Of a stretch of DNA of 64,000 bases, positions 9,719 through 18,238 are shown piece by piece. Position 1 is the first letter of the stretch; each line of letters begins with the position of its first letter. The notes under the pieces were generated by a model, which worked only from the letters and a program-made list of their open reading frames with translations, did not search any database and had not been told where the DNA came from. Both the position numbers and the translations under genes were made by a program. The stretch comes from Escherichia coli (GTDB lineage: Bacteria > Pseudomonadota > Gammaproteobacteria > Enterobacterales > Enterobacteriaceae): assembly GCF_003019035.1 (NCBI RefSeq), contig NZ_CP027447.1. One strand, given 5' to 3'.

Positions 9719-11113
9719 TTATGCAGTTTCTGTATCGGTGTTGAGATCCGGAAGATCTTCCCGGGATAGCTCACCGGAGATGAGTTTCGGGAGCAGGGTG
9801 TCGCGGAGGTTGCTCAGGACTATTTGATTATTATTATGTGACTTGTCAATCCAAGGCATAACGATATTATAAAAAGTATTAATTATTTCAACATCTGGCA
9901 TAACTACATGTTCAGCCTCAAGAAAATATTTTGTCTGGAAGTTAGCGATTCCTGTACTTTGGTTTTGGTATTCCCACATTTTTCCATCGTTATATATTTT
10001 ATTGAGGTGTAAACTAATTATTAGCCCTATCTCTATAGATAACGGCTCAAACTTGCGACAAAAACTAGCAGGTTCAATAATACCCCCTAATCGACTTATA
10101 ATCTGTTCAGTCATGAAAATTGAACGGCCAGTTGACTGCGTTGGACTTCCTCCTGAAACTTCTATTATAATATCACCATTATTAATTTTTCTTTTTTCGA
10201 GTTTTTTGGGTTCTACCCATCTACATGGGGCAGAACTCATTTTCCCTGAAATTAACTCCGGGATATCAGTACCGCGCACTATCACTGCTTGAATTGTATG
10301 CTTTTCATCTCTGGAATCACTCCCCCAGTCACCACCAATTGTATTTTTTAGTAAACTATTAACATTTGAAAACTTCCAACCTTTAGGAATTAAACCTAAC
10401 TCCGTTTCTTCAAATTCACTTGGGAAAAGCGAGCGGATTTCCGCCGGAAGCGGTTTAAAATCTGTACTATTACGTACTTTTTGACGCAACTCGGCACGAG
10501 ATTGCAGAGCCTCCGGGATTGGATTTCCTGCATCCAGAGCGTTATCAACCACCGGATCAAAATCCACAAACCAGGATTTGAACAGGGTTTGGGACATTTG
10601 TTCTAATGACTTATTTATTACTTCATTGGATTTTAGCTTACTAAATATAAGAGTGTTTGTTTTTGCGATATGTTGGCAATATTTATCTGGTGCAAGATTA
10701 AATTCATAATCTAATATGGCTGTTTTATCACCCCTTGGCATTTTGGTGCCTTTGGATGTTAAAACAGTATGTTCGATGAATTTTTGATCCATTAATACTG
10801 ATAGAATATAATTAGAATTAATATTTTTTTTAGGACGGAATACAATTACATCGTTAGAACAGCCACCAGTTCGATCTGCAAGCCATAGTTTTTTAAAATA
10901 TGTTCTGATATTCGAGAATAAAATATCTCCAGAATGAAATTTTGTTATTTTCCCTGTGCTAGGTTTACTATTTGCTATTGATATACCTCCAAAATTGGTA
11001 AGCATATTTTCAGTTGATATGTAATCGCAAAGACTAATTTGCGATACATCAACTTTAGTAGTGATGATATCTACAACTTCTTTAAGTTTTATTTTCTCCC
11101 ACTTACTCCCCAT
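9719..11113 (-). CDS. hsdS: Type I R-M specificity subunit (HsdS), two target-recognition domains
   Basis: 464 aa from ATG at 11113 (MGSKWEKIKLKEVVDII...), overlapping the hsdM stop by 11 nt; TRD-like motif GDILFSNIRTYFKK; strongly AT-rich DNA by eye. Confidence 0.85.
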   Translation of the reverse strand: MGSKWEKIKLKEVVDIITTKVDVSQISLCDYISTENMLTNFGGISIANSKPSTGKITKFHSGDILFSNIRTYFKKLWLADRTGGCSNDVIVFRPKKNINSNYILSVLMDQKFIEHTVLTSKGTKMPRGDKTAILDYEFNLAPDKYCQHIAKTNTLIFSKLKSNEVINKSLEQMSQTLFKSWFVDFDPVVDNALDAGNPIPEALQSRAELRQKVRNSTDFKPLPAEIRSLFPSEFEETELGLIPKGWKFSNVNSLLKNTIGGDWGSDSRDEKHTIQAVIVRGTDIPELISGKMSSAPCRWVEPKKLEKRKINNGDIIIEVSGGSPTQSTGRSIFMTEQIISRLGGIIEPASFCRKFEPLSIEIGLIISLHLNKIYNDGKMWEYQNQSTGIANFQTKYFLEAEHVVMPDVEIINTFYNIVMPWIDKSHNNNQIVLSNLRDTLLPKLISGELSREDLPDLNTDTETA

Positions 11114-12722
11114 AACCCAGCACCTCCAGATTCTGGCGAATCGCACGATCCAGTTCTTCCGCCTGCTTCATCTGCTCAAACAACGTCTTCGACAATTCGC
11201 GCATTTTCGTCTCAAATGCCACGCCGTCCTCTTCCTGCTCGGCTGCACCTACATAGCGGCCCGGTGTCAGAACGTAGTCGTTATCTTTAATGTCTTGCAG
11301 GGTCGCAACTTTGCAGAAGCCAGCCTGGTCTTCATATTTTTCCAGCTTGCTGTCACCACGCGCAATCCGTGCAGCCAGTTCTTCCGGCGTACTGCGCCAG
11401 GCATGGTAGGTATCGGCGATGGTGGCAATATCTTCCGTTGTTAACTCTTTAGTTGTGCGGCTAATCATGGTGCCGAGGTTACGCGCATCAATAAACAGCG
11501 TCTCGCCCTGACGATCACGATAACCTTTGGCCGGATCGGCAGCCTTCGATTTGGTCATAAACCATAAACACACCGGGATCTGCGTGGTGTAAAACAACTG
11601 ACCTGGCAGAGCGATCATGCAGTCAATCAGATCATTTTCGATCATCTGTGCACGGATCTCGCCTTCACCGCTGGTGTTAGAACTCATCGAACCGTTTGCC
11701 AGCACAAAACCTGCTGTGCCGTTAGCCGACAGCTTGGAGAGCATATGCAAAATCCAGCCGTAGTTGGCGTTACCGGTTGGCGGCATACGATACCCAGCAA
11801 AACGTGGGTCTTTGGTTAATTCGGCTTCATTACGCCAGTCTTTCAGGTTGAACGGCGGGTTCGCCAGAATGTAGTCGGCTTTCAGGTCCGGGTGCTGGTC
11901 GCTAAAGAAAGTGTTTGCCGGTCGTTCGCCGAGGTTAGCTGAAAGACCGCGAATGGCGAGGTTCATTTTTGCCAGTTTATACGTCGTGGCAGTCAGTTCC
12001 TGACCATACAGCGCGATATCACGGCTTTTACCCTGATGGCTCTCGACAAACTTCACCGACTGCACGAACATCCCCGCCGAACCGCAGCACGGGTCATAAA
12101 TTTTGCCCTGAAAGGGTTCGAGCATTTCAGTTAACAGCGTAACCACACATTTAGGCGTGTAGAACTCACCACCGCCTTTGCCTTCAGTTGCGGCAAACTT
12201 ACCGAGGAAGTATTCGTAAACGCGTCCGACCAGGTCTTCTTTCGATAACGTTTCAACGTCAGTTTCGTGTGCCAGCGTTTCGATGTTGTCGATGGTATCA
12301 ATCAGTGACGCCAGTTTTTTGGTTTCCAGATTCTGACGGCTGAAGTAGTTGTCTGGCAGCGCGCCTTTCAGGGTTGGGTTACGTTTCTCAATGGTCGAGA
12401 GGGCGGTGTCAATACGAACCGCAATATCGTCCTGTTTGGCATTTTGTTTGATAAACGACCAGCGCGCCTCTTCCGGCAGGTAGAAAATGTTGTCCTGCTG
12501 GTAGAACACTTCCATCTCAAGGAAGTCAGCTTGCCCATCGGCAATCATTTTTTTGCGGCGTGCTTCAAACTTATCGCTGATGAATTTCAGGAACACGAGG
12601 CTCAACACCACGTGCTTGTATTCGGAGGACTCAACGCTACCGCGAAGCTGGTTTGCTGTATCCCATAATGTTTCTTCAAAGCCTTTCTTTGCTTTGGCTT
12701 TTTTAGTTGGTGCTTTGGCCAT
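11103..12722 (-). CDS. hsdM: Type I R-M N6-adenine DNA methyltransferase subunit (HsdM)
   Basis: 539 aa; SAM-binding IYDPCCGSAGMF and catalytic NPPF (ILANPPFNLKDW). Confidence 0.9.
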   Translation of the reverse strand: MAKAPTKKAKAKKGFEETLWDTANQLRGSVESSEYKHVVLSLVFLKFISDKFEARRKKMIADGQADFLEMEVFYQQDNIFYLPEEARWSFIKQNAKQDDIAVRIDTALSTIEKRNPTLKGALPDNYFSRQNLETKKLASLIDTIDNIETLAHETDVETLSKEDLVGRVYEYFLGKFAATEGKGGGEFYTPKCVVTLLTEMLEPFQGKIYDPCCGSAGMFVQSVKFVESHQGKSRDIALYGQELTATTYKLAKMNLAIRGLSANLGERPANTFFSDQHPDLKADYILANPPFNLKDWRNEAELTKDPRFAGYRMPPTGNANYGWILHMLSKLSANGTAGFVLANGSMSSNTSGEGEIRAQMIENDLIDCMIALPGQLFYTTQIPVCLWFMTKSKAADPAKGYRDRQGETLFIDARNLGTMISRTTKELTTEDIATIADTYHAWRSTPEELAARIARGDSKLEKYEDQAGFCKVATLQDIKDNDYVLTPGRYVGAAEQEEDGVAFETKMRELSKTLFEQMKQAEELDRAIRQNLEVLGYGE

Positions 12723-12785
12723 GATGAACTCTGTTCAGATAAATTGGGTCGCTATTGTAATGGTAGAGACGGCAGATTTCGCCCT

Positions 12786-13952
12786 TTAATCCATCTCCAG
12801 CTCATCAAACAACTGCAAATCTACATCCAGCAATTCCACTGCATTGCTGCGGCGAATGCCGACGTTATTTTCGATTAACAGTTCCAGTAAGCGATCGCCG
12901 TCGATAAGCGTAATGGGCGCGGCCCCCGGAAAGAGCGCCGCTTCTGCACATTTCGCTGCAAATTTCCCGGTGGTGATGAGCGTACCGCGAATGGCCTTGT
13001 GGTAAGGCAACGCTCCGCGCAACTGGTCGATATACGGTCGAGTGATGGTGTTCTGCATTCTTTTGACCTGCACCACTTCGGTAATAGTGGTGATGCCGAC
13101 CTGCACCTGACCAATCACGTCCACACCTTTATCGCCTGAGGCTTTGGTCACTTCGACCTGCTCGTAGCCCATTGCTTCCAGTAATTGACCGACCAGTTGT
13201 TCAAATTTGTACGGGTTCATCGTGCTGATTTGTTCGCGCAGCAGCTCTTTTTGCTGTTCGTTATAGCGTTTTACCGCTTCCAACAGCTCTTTACGCGGAT
13301 CGCTTTTTCGTGCAGGCAACGCTTTTCCAAGCCAGGCGCGCCCGGTATCGGTGATGCGATAGCTCATGCCTTCACGGTTAACCATGTCACGGTCGATAAG
13401 GTTATAGAGACGGGAGTAGAGCGTGCTTTTCACTGAACTTGCTGACGCGAATTTCGAATGCTGATGCAAAAAGGCCTGCCATTCCGGCAATAAATCGGCG
13501 CGGCGCGACATTTCCCGGCCAGCCAGCAGCTCAAGCAGTTGCAGAATGCCTTCCTGGTCGTCCAGTGAACGCAGCGTTTTTTCGTCATCTTGCAGGAATT
13601 TTTGCCCGCGCGAGGTGGGCTGCCAGGTATCGTCTGGCGTGCTTTCCATCAGCTCAAACTGGGGATAGTTGAGGAATAAGTAGCAGCCGTAGCTGTGGCG
13701 CGGGTTCAATATGTGATTATCGGTATCCCAAATACGACGGGCGATGTCGGCATCTTCACCCGTTAAGCGTTCGCTGATCCACAGGTCAGGTTCCGACCAG
13801 TCAACGGGTTTTTGCGGCGTTCCGGTTTGCTCGTGAATGGCAGTAATCATATTGCGCACCGCTTTCAGGGAATAGCCTGAGACGGCTTTCATCATAGCCT
13901 TAACTTGCGCATAGGTAGGAAAAAGCGGGGTAATGACTTTGTAGTTTTTCAC
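12786..13952 (-). CDS. Mrr-family (Type IV, modification-dependent) restriction endonuclease-like protein with extended N-terminal region
   Basis: 388 aa, GTG start at 13952 with AAGGGA SD; C-terminal region (GDKGVDVIG...VVQVKRMQNTITRPYIDQL...LITTGKF) resembles the K-12 Mrr catalytic domain as I recall it; N-terminal 250 aa not recognisably Mrr-like. Confidence 0.7.
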   Translation of the reverse strand: MKNYKVITPLFPTYAQVKAMMKAVSGYSLKAVRNMITAIHEQTGTPQKPVDWSEPDLWISERLTGEDADIARRIWDTDNHILNPRHSYGCYLFLNYPQFELMESTPDDTWQPTSRGQKFLQDDEKTLRSLDDQEGILQLLELLAGREMSRRADLLPEWQAFLHQHSKFASASSVKSTLYSRLYNLIDRDMVNREGMSYRITDTGRAWLGKALPARKSDPRKELLEAVKRYNEQQKELLREQISTMNPYKFEQLVGQLLEAMGYEQVEVTKASGDKGVDVIGQVQVGITTITEVVQVKRMQNTITRPYIDQLRGALPYHKAIRGTLITTGKFAAKCAEAALFPGAAPITLIDGDRLLELLIENNVGIRRSNAVELLDVDLQLFDELEMD

Positions 13953-14148
13953 GGTAATCCCTTAACGACAGCGAGGTGTTTAGTGTGCCATGTCAGGCGA
14001 GAAATTCTATTGGATGAATCAAGTCCAACTCACACATTGTCAATTTCATGGTTGATTATTCGAAACGTGATGCTATTTCCAACATCAACGCTATAATTGC
14101 AGAATAATTGTACATACATTTTTGTATATACAATTAGGGATGGCAACT

Positions 14149-14268
14149 ATGCCAATGGAGTTTGAATGGGATGCAAATAAGGCCAAAGGTAATCGGGTGA
14201 AACATGGCATCCGCTTTGAAGATGCGGTGTTAGTGTTTGATGATCCACAACGAACGGAATCGCTATGA
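14149..14268 (+). pseudogene. brnT: brnT (DUF497 toxin) remnant with internal deletion
   Basis: MPMEFEWDANKAKGNRVKHGIRFEDAVLVFDDP matches the BrnT N-terminus, stops after 39 codons; a BrnT-like C-terminus (NERNRYEHG-stop, ending 14278) is in the +1 frame. Confidence 0.55.
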
Positions 14269-14567
14269 GCATGGTTAAACATAAACGAGGGACCTCCTCT
14301 ACACTCGATGTGCAGCATGAGGCCGAACTGAAGGCGCTGGCGAATAAATCCGACGAAGATATTGATTACAGTGATATCCCACCTTCCAGCGATGAGCAAT
14401 GGTCTAACGCAGAACGCGGTAAGTTTTATCGGCCATTGAAAACTCAGGCCTCGGTGCGTATTGATTCTGATGTGATGGAATGGTTGAAGCGACCAGGTAA
14501 AGGCTATCAAACTCGCCTGAACGCAATTTTACGTGAAGCGATGCTGCGCGATCAGAACAAAAAATAA
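14265..14567 (+). CDS. brnA: BrnA-like antitoxin (ribbon-helix-helix / DUF4415 family)
   Basis: 100 aa; C-terminal ...VRIDSDVMEWLKRPGKGYQTRLNAILREAM matches BrnA signature; start overlaps the brnT remnant in typical TA fashion (alternative ATG at 14271). Confidence 0.6.
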   Translation: MSMVKHKRGTSSTLDVQHEAELKALANKSDEDIDYSDIPPSSDEQWSNAERGKFYRPLKTQASVRIDSDVMEWLKRPGKGYQTRLNAILREAMLRDQNKK

Positions 14568-14600
14568 TTCAGGCCGCCACATGGCGGCCATCATCCAAAA

Positions 14601-15557
14601 TTACTTCCTCAACCCCGCAAACGCCGCCCGAATCTCATCCTCCGGCAGCTGAATCCCGATAAACACCATCGTGCTATGCGGTTTTTCATCGCCCCATGGC
14701 CTGTCCCAGTCGGCGCTGTAGAGGCGCTGGACACCCTGGAACAGCAGGCGATTAGGTTCGCCGTCAATCCATAGCATCCCTTTGTAACGCAGTAGTTTAT
14801 CCGCCGACTCCAGCAGCAGGTTTTCCATCACGCGGGAAACTTCGCTGATATCTACCGGGTAATCCAGTTCCACCACAATCGACGAAATATCGTTTTGTTT
14901 GTCCGCGATAAAGTGGAAACGCGGTTTGGTGCTGACGACGTTCTCTTCCAGCATAAAACCGTTGGTGTTGAACAGCAGGCCCAGGTCGATGTCGCCGTGG
15001 GTGACGGTGTAGATCGGTGCACGGGCGTTGATGCGCGCCAGGCGTTCACGCAGTTTTTCTGCTTCGCCTGCGACGTCGGTTTTAGTCAGCAGAATACGGT
15101 CGGCGTAGCCAACCTGTGACTGGGCGATGGTGAACTGGTTCATCTGCTCATCGGCATGTACCGCATCCACCAGCGCAATCACGCCGTCCAGCAGGTAACG
15201 CTGGCATAAAATCTCATGGGAGAAAAAGGTCTGAATAATCGGGCCGGGATCGGCCATGCCGGTGCATTCAATCACCAGACGGTCGAACTGAATATTGCCC
15301 TTGTCGAGATTATCCAGCAGGTCGAGTAGGGCGTCTTCCAGCTCGTTGGAGCGCGAACAGCAGATGCAGCCGTTGGTCAGCGTTTTGATCTGCGTGACGC
15401 GATCGCCAATCAGTTGATCATCAACGGAGACTTCGCCGAATTCGTTTTCAATCACGGCAATCTTGTAGCCGTGTTGTTCGTTAAGAATATGGCGCAGCAG
15501 GGTGGTTTTGCCGGCGCCTAAAAAACCGGTGAGTAGGGTAACTGCAATCGGGTTCAT
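14601..15557 (-). CDS. yjiA: CobW/P47K-family GTPase (zinc-binding) YjiA
   Basis: 318 aa from ATG at 15557 (MNPIAVTLLTGFLGAGKTTLL; P-loop); track ORF extends upstream. Confidence 0.9.
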   Translation of the reverse strand: MNPIAVTLLTGFLGAGKTTLLRHILNEQHGYKIAVIENEFGEVSVDDQLIGDRVTQIKTLTNGCICCSRSNELEDALLDLLDNLDKGNIQFDRLVIECTGMADPGPIIQTFFSHEILCQRYLLDGVIALVDAVHADEQMNQFTIAQSQVGYADRILLTKTDVAGEAEKLRERLARINARAPIYTVTHGDIDLGLLFNTNGFMLEENVVSTKPRFHFIADKQNDISSIVVELDYPVDISEVSRVMENLLLESADKLLRYKGMLWIDGEPNRLLFQGVQRLYSADWDRPWGDEKPHSTMVFIGIQLPEDEIRAAFAGLRK

Positions 15558-15567
15558 GCTCTCTCCA

Positions 15568-15771
15568 TTAACAACAGCGCATACCGCCTTTACCATCGCC
15601 GCCGTAGCGCGCGTTCTGGCGTTCGCGGAAGAATTCTTCATAGCTCATGTACGGCTTGTCGGGATGGTTGGTCTTCATATGCTCGACGTAGTTGTCGTAG
15701 TCTGGAATGCCAATCAACATCTTCGCCGCCTGGCCGAGATATTTTTTTGCCTGTCCTAAGTTACCAAACAT
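15568..15771 (-). CDS. yjiX: DUF466 small protein YjiX
   Basis: 67 aa [48 protein letters not shown]... Confidence 0.85.
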
Positions 15772-15820
15772 AGTTCACTCTGATAAGAACAAAGCCCCGC
15801 CGAAGCGGGGCTAAACACGG

Positions 15821-17971
15821 TTAGTGGTGCGAAGAGATCTTCACGCCGCCTTCCGGGATTGGAACGTACGGTGTTTCTTTGTCAGTACGTTTGTCGCTGT
15901 TACGCACCTTCAGCCAGGTTTTGAAACCGTAGAAGATGATGCTGTACACCACAATCAGGAACAGAATACTCAGACCTGCGTTGGTGTAGTTGTTCACAAC
16001 GATGTGGTTCATGTTGGCAATCTGCTGCGCCGTCAGGTCAGTACCGTTAGCAATCTTCTCTTTGTACTGGCTTGCCATGTAGAAGAAGCCTTCCATCTGC
16101 GGGTTGGTGCTGAACAGTTTCAGGCCCAGCGCCCAGGTGGTGCAGATAAGCAGCCATACAGCCGGAACAACAGTTACCCAGATGTATTGGGTGCGCTTCA
16201 TCTTAATCAGCACAACGGTGCCCAGTACCAGCGCTACGGCTGCCAGCATCTGGTTGGAGATACCGAACAGCGGCCACAGGCTCTTAACGCCGCCCAGCGG
16301 ATCGACCACGCCCTGATACAGCAGGTAGCCCCACAGACCCACACAGCCCGCAGTACCGATGATACCGGCAACCAGAGAGTCGGTTTTTTTCAGGAACGGG
16401 ATGAAGTTACCCAGCAGGTCCTGCAGCATAAAGCGGCCAGAACGGGTACCCGCATCCAGCGCGGTCAGGATGAACAGGGCTTCGAACAGAATACCGAAGT
16501 GATACCAGAAGCCCATGTCAGCCATCGGCAGCACTTTGTGGAACACATGAGCGATACCTACCGCCAGCGTCGGCGCACCACCTGCACGGTTCAGGACAGA
16601 AGGCTCACCAATGTCTTTCGCGGTTTGCAGGATCTGCTCTGGCGAAATCACGAAGCCCCAGGAGCTGACGGTCGCTGCCGCGTGTGCGGTAACGTCTTTC
16701 AGCTGCGCCATGATGATCGGCGCGTTCTCGCCACCCATTTCATGCAGGTTAGGCATGGTGATGCCGAGGCCAGCAGGCGGGGTGTTCATCGCGAAGTAAA
16801 GACCCGGTTCGATGATGGACGCAGCAACCAGCGCCATAATCGCCACGAAGGACTCCATCAGCATTGCGCCGTAGCCAATGAAACGCGCGTCGGTTTCGTT
16901 AGCCAGCAGTTTCGGTGTCGTGCCGGAAGAGATCAGCGCGTGGAAGCCAGATACCGCACCACAGGCGATGGTGATGAACAGGAACGGGAACAGAGCGCCT
17001 TTCCACAGCGGGCCAGTACCGTCAATGTACTGGGTCATCGCAGGCATTTTCAGTTCCGGGTTCAGCACCACGATACCCAGCGCCAGGCCGACGATAACGC
17101 CGATTTTCAGGAAGGTTGCCAGATAGTCGCGCGGTGCGAGGATCAGCCACACTGGCAGCAGTGCGGAAACAAACGCATAGCCAATCAGTGCGAAGGTAAT
17201 GGTGGTGTCTTTAAAGGTCAGTGCCGGACCCCAGTACGGATCGTGAGCAATCACGCCACCGAAGTAGATAGAGGCAACCAGCAGCACGATACCAATGACA
17301 GAGACTTCACCTACACGCCCCGGACGAATAAAGCGCATGTAGATACCCATAAACAGCGCAATCGGTACGGTTGAGCAAACGGTGAAGACACCCCACGGAC
17401 TTTCGGCCAGGGCTTTAACCACAATCAGCGCCAGGACGGCAAGGATGATGATCATGATTAAGAAACAGCCAAACAGCGCGATAGTCCCCGGTACTGGTCC
17501 CATCTCTTCTTTGATCATCTCACCGAGAGATGCGCCGTTACGGCGAGAGGAGATAAACAGCACCATAAAGTCCTGTACCGCACCGGCCAGCACTACCCCC
17601 GCCAGCAGCCACAGCGTGCCAGGCAGGTAGCCCATCTGCGCGGCGAGAACCGGACCAACCAGCGGACCAGCACCGGCGATAGCGGCGAAGTGGTGACCAA
17701 ACAACACGTAACGGTTGGTCGGAACATAGTTCAGACCGTCGTTGTTAATAACCGCAGGCGTCGCGCGCGTGGGGTCGAGTTTCATCACCTTCTGGGCGAT
17801 GTACAGACTGTAGTAGCGATAAGCCACCAGATACACCGACACAGAGGCGACCACGATCCACAGGGCACTGACGTGCTCCCCCCGACGTAATGCAACTACC
17901 GCGAGGCAGAATGCACCGATGATTCCGAGAATCACCCAGGGTATGTGCTTGAATATCTTTTTAGTATCCAT
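15821..17971 (-). CDS. btsT: CstA-family pyruvate/H+ symporter BtsT
   Basis: 716 aa from ATG at 17971 (MDTKKIFKHIPWVILGIIG...); polytopic membrane protein. Confidence 0.9.
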   Translation of the reverse strand: MDTKKIFKHIPWVILGIIGAFCLAVVALRRGEHVSALWIVVASVSVYLVAYRYYSLYIAQKVMKLDPTRATPAVINNDGLNYVPTNRYVLFGHHFAAIAGAGPLVGPVLAAQMGYLPGTLWLLAGVVLAGAVQDFMVLFISSRRNGASLGEMIKEEMGPVPGTIALFGCFLIMIIILAVLALIVVKALAESPWGVFTVCSTVPIALFMGIYMRFIRPGRVGEVSVIGIVLLVASIYFGGVIAHDPYWGPALTFKDTTITFALIGYAFVSALLPVWLILAPRDYLATFLKIGVIVGLALGIVVLNPELKMPAMTQYIDGTGPLWKGALFPFLFITIACGAVSGFHALISSGTTPKLLANETDARFIGYGAMLMESFVAIMALVAASIIEPGLYFAMNTPPAGLGITMPNLHEMGGENAPIIMAQLKDVTAHAAATVSSWGFVISPEQILQTAKDIGEPSVLNRAGGAPTLAVGIAHVFHKVLPMADMGFWYHFGILFEALFILTALDAGTRSGRFMLQDLLGNFIPFLKKTDSLVAGIIGTAGCVGLWGYLLYQGVVDPLGGVKSLWPLFGISNQMLAAVALVLGTVVLIKMKRTQYIWVTVVPAVWLLICTTWALGLKLFSTNPQMEGFFYMASQYKEKIANGTDLTAQQIANMNHIVVNNYTNAGLSILFLIVVYSIIFYGFKTWLKVRNSDKRTDKETPYVPIPEGGVKISSHH

Positions 17972-18203
17972 AGTAAAACCTGGCATGTATTGATTAATAG
18001 TTGGCCGAAGCCGTTCTAGGTTTGCGTTGCGTTTGAGGAGGTAAATTGACCGCTATCCTGCAGTGATGTTGCCAGAGTTACGCGCGCGTAAAGTAAGGTA
18101 AATAACTGAGTGGTTATTTTAGGGATGTAAGCGGTCAGGAATGGCGGTGAGCGGTTGGGCAAGAATTATTCGTCGGGTGGATATGTGATTGAGATCACAA
18201 TAA

Positions 18204-18238
18204 AAATGCCCCTTCGATAATTAACCGAAGGGGCGTTC
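18204..18238 (-). terminator. Rho-independent terminator after the DSD1-like gene
   Basis: gccccttcg-ataattaac-cgaaggggc hairpin followed by T-run on the minus strand, directly 3' of the stop at 18239. Confidence 0.5.

Noticed and set aside
14091-14510. 139-aa minus-strand ORF
   Set aside because: Overlaps the brnT remnant and brnA on the opposite strand; no recognisable features, whereas the plus strand has clear TA-family motifs
15824-17374. 516-aa ORF on the plus strand
   Set aside because: Lies entirely antisense to the well-supported btsT gene; translation is Arg/His/Gln/Val-rich low-complexity with no SD; a shadow ORF
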